A stretch of DNA of 64,000 nt from an uncultured Chloroflexia bacterium (GTDB taxonomy: Bacteria > Chloroflexota > Limnocylindria > Limnocylindrales > CSP1-4). The position numbers and the translations under genes were made by a program. Location of the stretch: the NCBI GenBank assembly GCA_963766735.1, contig CAVYBU010000006.1:64001-128000 (forward strand). Direction: 5' to 3'. The notes under the pieces are model-generated. The model saw nothing but the letters and a program-made list of their open reading frames with translations. It was not told the origin of the DNA and did no database searches. Each line of letters starts with the position of its first letter. Position 1 is the stretch's first letter. Below are positions 29,271-37,805 of the stretch, piece after piece.

Positions 29271-29611
29271 CTGGTGCCGCGCCCGGTCACGATGCCGGGG
29301 CTCCATACAGCGTGCCATACTCCGGCGTATGGACCTCACATTCGTCGGCTGGATCGTCGTTGGCCTGATCGCAGGGTTGTTCTCCGGCGTCGTCGCCGGT
29401 GGCCGGACGCTCCGGGGCTGGATGCCGAGCCTCGTCATCGGCCTGGTGGCCGCGGTCATCACCGGCTGGCTGCTGGTGTCATTCGCCGGGGTGGACTCGA
29501 TCACCAGCATCTGGGTCTCGGCGCTGTTCGCGTCGGTCGTCGCGGTCGTCCTCCGGCTGCTCATCAAGACGGTCTCGTTCAGCGGCGACTGACGGCCGGT
29601 AGGCGGGCGCC
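29271..29611 (+). repeat. ~340-bp direct repeat, copy 2
   Basis: Aligns with 19908-20247. Confidence 0.9.
29329..29592 (+). CDS. GlsB/YeaQ/YmgE family membrane protein, copy 2
   Basis: 87 aa, 75/87 residues identical to copy 1 (manual count). Confidence 0.8.
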   Translation: MDLTFVGWIVVGLIAGLFSGVVAGGRTLRGWMPSLVIGLVAAVITGWLLVSFAGVDSITSIWVSALFASVVAVVLRLLIKTVSFSGD

Positions 29612-29722
29612 AGGTCCCAGCGGGGGTCGGGCGTCGGGCAGGGAAGGAACAGACGCGCCGATGGCACGGTACGAACCACGCGCCCTGACAGGTCACCCCG
29701 CGCGAAGCGGAGGGACGCACCG

Positions 29723-31885
29723 GTGACGGCACCGGCGGTACGGACCCCCGCGGTCATCCCCGACTGGCTGGTCAACCTCGCGGCCCTCGGCTGGCGGATG
29801 ATCGTCATCGCGGCGCTCATCGTCGTGCTGTGGCAGCTCAGCGGGCTCCTGTGGACGGTCTCCGCCTCCATCGCGATCGCCATCGTCATCGCGGCCGCTT
29901 TCGCGCCGTTCGTCCTGCGGCTGCGCGCCCGCGGTCGATCGCAGGCTGCGGCGGCGGGGATCGTGTGGGTGGTCGCGATCGCCGTCCTCACCGGCGCTGC
30001 GTTGCTGCTCTCGTTCGCCTTGCTGCCGTCCATCGGCGAGCTGGTGACCAGGATCTCGGCCGCCATCGCGGAGGTCCAGGCACGGGTCGTCGAGAACGGC
30101 GTCCCACCGGACGTCGCGGCGTCTGCTCGAGCGGCCATCGATGCCGCCCGCGAGGCGATCGGCGCGGCCGTGGGCGACATCGTCGCGGCGGCCGGAGGCG
30201 TCATCACCGTCCTGGTCCTCGCCTCCTTCCTCGTGTTCTTCTTCCTGAAGGACGGCGACAGGGCCTGGATCTGGGTCTTCCAGGCCGTCAGCGACCAGAA
30301 GCGGGAGCGAATCACCGAGGCCGGTGAGGACGCGCTGGCACGCGTCGGCGGCTACCTCCGCGGAACGACGATCCTGTCCGCGATCATCGCGCTCACGGAC
30401 CTCGTGTTCATGTGGGTTCTGGGCGTGCCGCTCGCGGTGCCGCTGGCCGTCCTCGTCTTCTTCAGCGGCTACATCCCGTACTTCGGCGGCATCGTCACGA
30501 CGATGCTCATCCTGCTGGTCGCGTACGCGACCCTCGGCCTGGGACCGGTCGTGGTCTTCATCCTGCTGATCGCCATCCGCAACGCGATCCTCGGCTACGG
30601 CATCCGCCCGGCCGTGTATGGCCGAACCGTGAGCATCCATCCCGCACTCGTCCTCATGGCGCTGCCCGCGGGGTTCGCGCTGGCCGGGGTCGTGGGCCTG
30701 TTCGCGGCAGTGCCCGTGACGGCCGTCCTGCTCGCAGTGGCGGCGGCGACCGTGGCGATCGTTGACCCCGGTCCGCGCCCCGAGCTCCCTTCCCTGGTGC
30801 CGGCCTGGCTCGACCGGGTCGCACAGTGGAGCTGGCGCCTGCTGGTGGGCCTGGGCCTGATCACGCTGATCGTGCTGGTGATCGTTGCGGTGCCGATGGT
30901 CGTGGTCCCCATCGTCATGGCCACGATCCTCGCGGCCACGCTGCACCCCCTGGTTCGCGTCCTCGTCCGGCGCGGCCGGGGACGCGGGCAGGCCGCCGCG
31001 ATATCAGTGGGCGGGGGGATCCTCGCGGTCACCGCGGTCATGGGGATCGCCCTGATGTCGCTGGTGGGCCAGGCCGGGGCCATCGGGCGGGAGGCCTCTG
31101 GCGGCGCCGGGTCCGTGAGCGATGCGGCGGGCGGCACCCTCGAGATCCTCACAGCCGCGGTGGCCACCGGGGGGACCGACCTGGTGACGACCGCGGCCTC
31201 CATCGTGTCCGACGTGGGCGCGCTTGTCGTGGTCATCGTCCTGAGCGCCCTGCTGTCGTTCTACTTCCTCAAGGACGGCGGACACCTGTGGAGCCGGACC
31301 CTTGCGCGTGTCCGACCCGAGGCGGCAGGCGCGATCGACGAGGCCGGCAGCCGTGCGTTCGAGGTGCTGAGCGGGTACATGATCGGGACCGGCGCCATCT
31401 CGCTGGTGGGCGCGGCCAGCCAGCTGGTCATCATGCTGGTCCTGGGCATCCCGCTCGCGGTGCCGATCTTCGTCCTCTCGTTCTTCCTGTGCTTCATCCC
31501 CTACATCGGCGGCTTCATCTCGACCGGCATCGCGCTGCTGGTGACCATCGCCGTCGGCGTCCCATCGGACATCGTGATCATGGTCATCTGGACCCTCGTG
31601 TTCAACATCGTCACCGGCAACGTCGTCTCGCCGCTCGTCTACGGCAAGACGGTCCACCTGCACCCCGCGGTCGTGCTGGTCGCGATCCCGGCCGGAGGAG
31701 CCGTCGCCGGGATTGCCGGCATGTTCCTGGTCGTGCCCCTGATCGGCGTTGTCGCCGTGACCTGGCGCACAGTCCTCGCTGTCATCGGGATGCCGAGGAT
31801 CCCGCGCGGGGCGGCGGTGCCGGCGTACGCCGCGGCCGCCCCTGACCTCGTTGGTCCCGAGGCGGAGCCGGCCGAGGGCGGCTGA
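29723..31885 (+). CDS. AI-2E family transporter with two tandem AI-2E domains
   Basis: FFFLKDG / IPYFGG / YGRTVSIHP in the first half, repeated as FYFLKDG / IPYIGG / YGKTVHLHP in the second. Confidence 0.9.
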   Translation: MTAPAVRTPAVIPDWLVNLAALGWRMIVIAALIVVLWQLSGLLWTVSASIAIAIVIAAAFAPFVLRLRARGRSQAAAAGIVWVVAIAVLTGAALLLSFALLPSIGELVTRISAAIAEVQARVVENGVPPDVAASARAAIDAAREAIGAAVGDIVAAAGGVITVLVLASFLVFFFLKDGDRAWIWVFQAVSDQKRERITEAGEDALARVGGYLRGTTILSAIIALTDLVFMWVLGVPLAVPLAVLVFFSGYIPYFGGIVTTMLILLVAYATLGLGPVVVFILLIAIRNAILGYGIRPAVYGRTVSIHPALVLMALPAGFALAGVVGLFAAVPVTAVLLAVAAATVAIVDPGPRPELPSLVPAWLDRVAQWSWRLLVGLGLITLIVLVIVAVPMVVVPIVMATILAATLHPLVRVLVRRGRGRGQAAAISVGGGILAVTAVMGIALMSLVGQAGAIGREASGGAGSVSDAAGGTLEILTAAVATGGTDLVTTAASIVSDVGALVVVIVLSALLSFYFLKDGGHLWSRTLARVRPEAAGAIDEAGSRAFEVLSGYMIGTGAISLVGAASQLVIMLVLGIPLAVPIFVLSFFLCFIPYIGGFISTGIALLVTIAVGVPSDIVIMVIWTLVFNIVTGNVVSPLVYGKTVHLHPAVVLVAIPAGGAVAGIAGMFLVVPLIGVVAVTWRTVLAVIGMPRIPRGAAVPAYAAAAPDLVGPEAEPAEGG

Positions 31886-32104
31886 GCAGAGACCGAACCC
31901 GGGACGGCGCCTGGCCGTGGACAGAGGAACATCCCTGTCTGCGCCCGGCGCTCAGCCCGCACGTCGGCCGGGATCACGCTCGCTCACATCGGCTGAGTTG
32001 CCTGCAGGCTCGCATCGGAGACGCCGACTGGCGATACTGCTCGGGCACACGGGATGATTTCCGGGAGGAAGCCGTCTCGTCCACAGGTCAGGAGGAATGG
32101 GCAC

Positions 32105-34867
32105 ATGACAGAGGTGACCGGAGCAACCGCTGCCGCCGGCGCGACGGCGTGGCACGCCCTGAGCACGGAGGACGCTCTGCAGCAGCAGGGCGTCGACGCC
32201 GACCAGGGATTGTCCTCAGCCGAGGTCACCGCACGCAGGACGAAGTTCGGTGCCAACCGGTTTGCGGAACAGGCCCCCGAGCCGCGCCTGCGCGCCTTCC
32301 TGCGCCAGTACGCCGACGCGATGCAGATCGTCCTGCTGGTCGCCGGCGTGCTGAGCATCTACCCGGTGGGCCAGGTCTCCACCGGGGTGATGCTGATCCT
32401 GCTGACGGTCCTCAACGCCTACCTCGGCCTGAGCCAGGAGGGCAAGGCTGCGGCGGCCGTGGCGGCGCTCCAGAAGATGATGGTCGTCAAGGCGCGGGTG
32501 CGCCGGGACGGCGAGCTGGTGGAGGTGCCGGCCGAGGAGCTCGTCCCGGGAGACATCGTGGCCTTCGAGGCCGGCGATCTCGTCACCGCGGACGGACGGA
32601 TCTTCGCGGCGGCAACCCTGGAGATCGACGAAGCGGCCCTGACCGGCGAAAGCCTGCCCGTCGCCAAGGACGTGAACCCCGTCGCCGCCGATGCGCCGCT
32701 GGGCGACCGGCTCGGCATGGCGTTCATGAACACGAACGTGACCCGTGGCTCGGGGCGCTTCGTCGTGACTGCCACCGGCATGAACACCGAGGTGGGCCAC
32801 ATCTCCGGGATGCTGCAGGTCGACAAGGGACAGGAGACGCCCCTGACGCGGCAGATCAACGCCTTGACCAACCAGCTCCTGATCATCGCCGGCCTCGCCC
32901 TCCTTGCCTCGATCGCGATCGGCTACTTCCGCTACGGCCAGCCATTCGATGTCCTGTTCGTGACGGCCATCGCCTTCGCCGTGTCGGCCATTCCGACGGG
33001 CCTGCCTGCCGTCATCACCACCATCCTCTCGTACGGCACGCAGACGCTCGCGAAGGCCGGCGCCATCGTGAAGCAGTTGCGATCCGTGGAGACCCTTGGA
33101 TCCACTTCGGCGATCAACTCCGACAAGACCGGCACGCTCACCCTCAACCAGATGACGGCCGTCGAGATGGCGATCCCGGGCCGCCGGTTCACCGTCTCCG
33201 GCACCGGCTACGGGATCGAGGGCTCGATCGCGCGCGTCGCGGGTGATGCGGACGTCCCGCTCGACCCGTTCCTCCTCCCGTGCGTCCTGGCCTCCGACGC
33301 CGTCGTCAAGGATGGCGCCTTGATCGGCGACCCGACCGAGGGCGCGCTCGTTGTCCTGGCCGAGAAGGGCGGGGTCAGCGCCATCGCCACGCGAGAGGCC
33401 TACCCGCGGGTCGCAACCCTGCCGTTCGATGCGGCCTACAAGATGATGGCCACCTTCCACCGCATGAAGGACGAGGCGGGCAAGGATGTCGTCCGCTGCT
33501 TCGTCAAGGGTGCCCCCGACCAGCTGCTGGCCCGCGGCACGTTCGTGGTCACGCCGGACCTGTCCGGGGTCCGTCCCGTCGACGACGACATGCGGGCGAG
33601 GATCCTCGCGGAGAACGAGCGCCTCGGGGCCAAGGGACTGCGCGTGATGGCAACCGGGCGCAGGGACTTCGATCCCGCCAGCTTTGATCCCGGTGCCGAT
33701 CTCCTGCCGCTGCTCGACGGGATGACCCTGCTCGCCCTCGTCGGGATCGTGGACCCGCCGCGACCGGCGGCCAGGAAATCGATCGCCGAGGCGCACAGCG
33801 CCGGGATCCAGGTCCGGATGATCACCGGCGATCATGCCGTCACGGCCCAGGCGATCGCACAGGACCTGGGCATCACCGGCCGCGCCATCACCGGCGCAGA
33901 GTTCCGGGCGATGAGCGACGACCAGGCCGTCCGGGAGATCGACGGCATCGGCGTGATAGCGCGAGTGACGCCGGAGGACAAGGTCCACCTGGTCGACATC
34001 CTTCGCAAGAAGGGCCACATCGTGGCGATGACGGGCGACGGCGTGAACGACGCGCCGGCGCTCAAGAAGGCCGACATCGGCGTGGCCATGGGCATCACGG
34101 GTACCGAGGTCTCGAAGGAGGCCGCGGTGATGATCCTCACCGATGACGACTTCGCGACGATCGTGAAGGCAGTCAAGCTGGGTCGCGGGCTCTACGACAA
34201 CCTCAAGAAGTACATCCGCTTCCAGGTCGGGCTCCTGCTCGGCTACATCGTCACGTTCCTGGGCTCCAGCATCCTGAACGTGCTCGGCGGCGTCCCGTTC
34301 GTGCCCATCCAGACGCTGTTCATGAACTTCACCGTCCAGGTCTTCCAGGCGGTCGGCCTCGGCTACGGCAAGGCCGCGGACGGCCTCATGGAGCGCAGGC
34401 CGCGCCCGTCCAGCGAGCCGCTCCTCAGCGGCCCACTCCTCATCTGGCTGGCCGTCGCCGGCCTCGTGATGGGTGGCGGCACGCTGGCCGTCATCGCCTG
34501 GGCCTCGAACGTCTACGACGAGACGGTCGCGCGCACCATGGGGATGATCGCCTTCTCGATCTCGAACGTCGCGTTCTCGTTCGCGACGAAGGACGAGCGG
34601 CGGTCGGTCTTCAGCCTCGACATCATGGGCGACCGGCCGTTCCTCTACGCGACGGCGGCCTCGATCGCGACGATCGTGCTGATGACCGAGTTCGGGTTCT
34701 TCAACCGGCTCCTCGACACGACCAACCTCAACCTCGACCAGTGGGTCGTCTGCATCCTCGTCGGGTTGCTGATCATCCCCGTCTCGGAGATCCGGAAGAT
34801 CGTCATCAAGAAGCCCCTCGACGAGGTTCCGTCCGAGGCTCCCATGGCAGCCGCGTTGGCCGCCTGA
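32105..34867 (+). CDS. P-type ATPase, type II scaffold with atypical ion-binding site (PTGL)
   Basis: [30 protein letters not shown]; M4 AIPTGLP; RBS AGGAGG before ATG 32105. Confidence 0.92.
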   Translation: MTEVTGATAAAGATAWHALSTEDALQQQGVDADQGLSSAEVTARRTKFGANRFAEQAPEPRLRAFLRQYADAMQIVLLVAGVLSIYPVGQVSTGVMLILLTVLNAYLGLSQEGKAAAAVAALQKMMVVKARVRRDGELVEVPAEELVPGDIVAFEAGDLVTADGRIFAAATLEIDEAALTGESLPVAKDVNPVAADAPLGDRLGMAFMNTNVTRGSGRFVVTATGMNTEVGHISGMLQVDKGQETPLTRQINALTNQLLIIAGLALLASIAIGYFRYGQPFDVLFVTAIAFAVSAIPTGLPAVITTILSYGTQTLAKAGAIVKQLRSVETLGSTSAINSDKTGTLTLNQMTAVEMAIPGRRFTVSGTGYGIEGSIARVAGDADVPLDPFLLPCVLASDAVVKDGALIGDPTEGALVVLAEKGGVSAIATREAYPRVATLPFDAAYKMMATFHRMKDEAGKDVVRCFVKGAPDQLLARGTFVVTPDLSGVRPVDDDMRARILAENERLGAKGLRVMATGRRDFDPASFDPGADLLPLLDGMTLLALVGIVDPPRPAARKSIAEAHSAGIQVRMITGDHAVTAQAIAQDLGITGRAITGAEFRAMSDDQAVREIDGIGVIARVTPEDKVHLVDILRKKGHIVAMTGDGVNDAPALKKADIGVAMGITGTEVSKEAAVMILTDDDFATIVKAVKLGRGLYDNLKKYIRFQVGLLLGYIVTFLGSSILNVLGGVPFVPIQTLFMNFTVQVFQAVGLGYGKAADGLMERRPRPSSEPLLSGPLLIWLAVAGLVMGGGTLAVIAWASNVYDETVARTMGMIAFSISNVAFSFATKDERRSVFSLDIMGDRPFLYATAASIATIVLMTEFGFFNRLLDTTNLNLDQWVVCILVGLLIIPVSEIRKIVIKKPLDEVPSEAPMAAALAA

Positions 34868-35075
34868 CGCGACGGGCTGGTCCCGTCCACCCCCGACGCG
34901 CGGGGCCGGCCTTCGGTTCGGCCCGCACGTCCGTTGCCGGGACGGCAAGCGGGGCGACCGGCCCTGCGGGATGATATGCACCCACGGGACGCATCGTCGT
35001 CTCAGCGCCGGACCGCGTGCTCCGTAGCGTCCATCCACAGTCGGCCCCGGTCCGACATCACCCAAAGGAGAATCC

Positions 35076-35417
35076 ATGGGCTGTCTGCTGGTGCTGATGG
35101 GGGGCCTGTTCCCCCGCTTCGGCGTGTTGCTCGTCTACATCGCGCGGCCGGCGTACTTCACGGCCGCCTTCGGCGACATGTGGCTGTGGCCGATCCTCGG
35201 GATCATCTTCGCGCCGTTCACCACGCTGATGTACGTCCTGCTGTGGGCGCCGTCGACCGGGATCAGCGGCTTCGACTGGCTGTGGCTGGCGATTGCCCTC
35301 GCGATCGACATCGGCCACTACGCCGGCAGCGCCTACGGGAACCGCGACCGGATGCCCGGCTACTCGAGTGGCACGGGCTACCCGGGCGACCCCAACAACC
35401 TCGGCCGCCCGATGTAG
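35076..35417 (+). CDS. Small membrane protein (3 TM, uncharacterised)
   Basis: 113 aa, FPR...LGIIFAPFTTLMY; RBS AAGGAG. Confidence 0.72.
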   Translation: MGCLLVLMGGLFPRFGVLLVYIARPAYFTAAFGDMWLWPILGIIFAPFTTLMYVLLWAPSTGISGFDWLWLAIALAIDIGHYAGSAYGNRDRMPGYSSGTGYPGDPNNLGRPM

Positions 35418-35424
35418 CTCGGCC

Positions 35425-36866
35425 TCAGCCCGTGGCCCCGTGGCAGGTCTTGGTCTTGCGGCCGCTGCCACAGGGACACGGGTCGTTGCGCCCCGCCTGC
35501 GCCACCGCCGTGCGGAGAGCTGCCGCTTCGCCGGCCAGGATGCCCATGGCCTCGTCCGCGTAGCGGCCCTGTCCCAGCAGCGTCGCCATCACCCGCATCG
35601 GCCGGTCGATGTGAGTGAAGAAGGACTTGTAGCCCGCGCACAGGTGGTTGAGCCCCGGCTCGCCGTCCGGGGTGTCGATGAAGCGGTTGCGCGGGCATTC
35701 CCCGTGGCACGCGAACCGCACGGGACACTCGCGGCAGTAGCGAGGCAGCGTGTCCCGCTTGTCCGTTCCGAACGTGCGTTGCGCGGGCGACGCGACCATC
35801 TCCAGCAGGTGCTGTCGCGGATGTTGCCCAGGAGGTAGCGCGGCTCGACGAAATGGTCGCAGCTGAAGACGTCGCCGGTGTGCTCCACCGTCAGCGCGTT
35901 GCCGCATGTCTCGCCGAAGATGCAGACCGCGGGCGGGGCACCGACCCACGAGGCAAGCGCCGCATCGAAGATCTGCACGAACACGGTGCCCACGTCGCGC
36001 GCGACCCACTCGTCGAACACGCTCGAGAGGAAGCGGCCCCAGCCGTCCGCCGTGACGGAGCGTGAGGTCACCAGGCTCCCGTCGAGCGTGTACAGCGGCC
36101 GCACCTCGCGCCCAGTGGTGCCCCAGCCGGCATCGGCCACCGGCAGCGACTCGGGCGTGGCGCGCTCGACGATCGGGATGAACTGGAGGTATCGGGCCCC
36201 GACCTCGTCGCGGAAGTAGCGGTACACCTCCGCGCCCCGGTCCTGGTTCGCCTCGTGCACCGTGCACAGGATGTTGACGTCGACGCCCTGTTCCGCCATC
36301 AGCCGCGCGGCGGCGAGCACCCTGTGATGGGTGGCCTTGCCGCCCTTGTCCACGCGGTAGCGGTCGTGGATGTCGGGCGGGCCATCCATCGAGAGCCCGA
36401 CCAGGAACCGATGCTCCCGGAAGAACGAGCACCAGTCCTCGTCGATCAGCGTGCCGTTGGTCTGGATCGTGTGCTCGACCTGCTGGCCAGGCTTCCGGTA
36501 CCGCTCGACCAGCTCGATCGAGCGCCGGAAGAAGTCGAGGCCCATCAGGGTGGGCTCGCCGCCCTGCCAGGCGACGGTCACGTTCGGGCTCTCGTGGGAC
36601 TCGAGGAGCTGCTTGACGTACAGCTCCAGCAGATCGTCGGCCATCCGGAACGCGGAGCCCGGGTAGAGCGCCTCCTTGGACAGGAAGAAGCAGTAGGTGC
36701 AGTCGAGGTTGCACACCGCGCCCGTCGGCTTCGCCAGCAGGTGGAAGCCCGGCGGCGAGCCCGCGGGCCGCGGGTCGGGCAAGACGGGACCCGGCGCGGG
36801 GCCGGCACCGGGGCCAGAACTCCCGGTCAGAATGCCGTCGCGGGTGAGGGGGCTGCTGGGATCCAC
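35425..36866 (-). pseudogene. Anaerobic sulfatase maturase (radical SAM/SPASM, C-terminal SEC-C); 1-nt frameshift near 35812
   Basis: AKPTGAVCNLDCTYCF, WQGGEPTL, IQTNG, CDHFV in ORF 35589..36971; CRECPVRFACHGECP and GRNDPCPCGSGRK in the frame ending at 35425; start approximate. Confidence 0.88.
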
Positions 36867-37017
36867 GGGCCGGGTGATCTCCCTTCCTGGGGCATGGCGC
36901 GCATGGCGGCGAGGGGTCGCCGCCGGGGCTTCACTTCGGCCGGGTGAGGCAGGCCCGGACGGCGGGCACATATGATGTCAGGGACGGGCGTCTCCGGCGT
37001 GTGATGGAGGGGAGTTC

Positions 37018-37800
37018 ATGACGATCGAGGGTGCGCCCGCGCAACCCGATCCATCGGACGGCACCGCGTGGCCTAGGACCGGGACCCCCGCCGTCCTCGG
37101 CGAGGCCGCGCACCAGATGCGCGCGCCCTGGGCGGCCGGCGTCGCGGGCCTCCTGTTCGCGATCCTGTTCACCGCCGCACTCGTCCTGCTCCGCTCGGAG
37201 GCGTTGACCACTGCAACCGATGCGCAGCTGGCCGTGATGTTCGCCACTGGTGGTCACCTGCCGATCGTGATCGGCGGCCTGTACCTGGCGCCGTTCTCGG
37301 GGATCATGTTCCTGTGGTTCGTCGCCGTGGTGCGGGACCAGATCGGCGAGCGCGAGGACCGCTTCTTCGCGACGGTGTTCTTCGGCAGCGGTCTCCTGTT
37401 CGTCGCCCTCGTGTTCGTGGCGACGGCGATCGCTAGCTCCGCGGTCGTCGGCTACCAGTACCTGGACCAGCCGGCACCGTCGGCGGACACCGTGGAGCTG
37501 CTCCGCGCGCTCTCATACACGGTGCTGTTCGCGTTCGCGACCCGGGCGGCCGCCGTCTTCCTGATCTCCATGGGCACGATCGGCCTGCGCAGCCGGACCT
37601 TCCCCAGATGGTTCGCATGGACCGCCTACGCGCTGGGGCTCGTCCTGCTGGTCGCCGTGACGCTCTGGGACTGGATCATCCTCGTGCTCCCGGCATGGGT
37701 CGCGATCGTGAGCCTGTTCATCATGCGCCGCGAGCGGGCGCGCCGGCCCAGCCGCGGGCCTGGCGGCGTCAGCGAGCCCGGACCCGACCGGGTCCCCTGA
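37018..37800 (+). CDS. Uncharacterised multi-pass membrane protein
   Basis: 260 aa, ~6 TM, PFSGIMFLWF..VVRDQIGEREDRFFATVF; RBS GGAGGG. Confidence 0.75.
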   Translation: MTIEGAPAQPDPSDGTAWPRTGTPAVLGEAAHQMRAPWAAGVAGLLFAILFTAALVLLRSEALTTATDAQLAVMFATGGHLPIVIGGLYLAPFSGIMFLWFVAVVRDQIGEREDRFFATVFFGSGLLFVALVFVATAIASSAVVGYQYLDQPAPSADTVELLRALSYTVLFAFATRAAAVFLISMGTIGLRSRTFPRWFAWTAYALGLVLLVAVTLWDWIILVLPAWVAIVSLFIMRRERARRPSRGPGGVSEPGPDRVP

Positions 37801-37805
37801 GGCTG

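Noticed and set aside
32216-35077. 953-aa antisense ORF (likewise 46946..50044, 40193..42682, 22708..24513)
   Set aside because: Shadow ORFs opposite well-supported genes; expected in high-GC DNA and without recognisable motifs.
35425-35500. SEC-C motif on the sulfatase maturase as a novelty
   Set aside because: C-terminal SEC-C motifs are commonly seen on anaerobic sulfatase maturases.
35425-36866. Radical SAM/SPASM enzyme as a RiPP maturase for the 60-aa repeat peptide
   Set aside because: Motifs match anSME, a cognate sulfatase is present, and the peptide is 24 kb away with no RRE or peptidase nearby.
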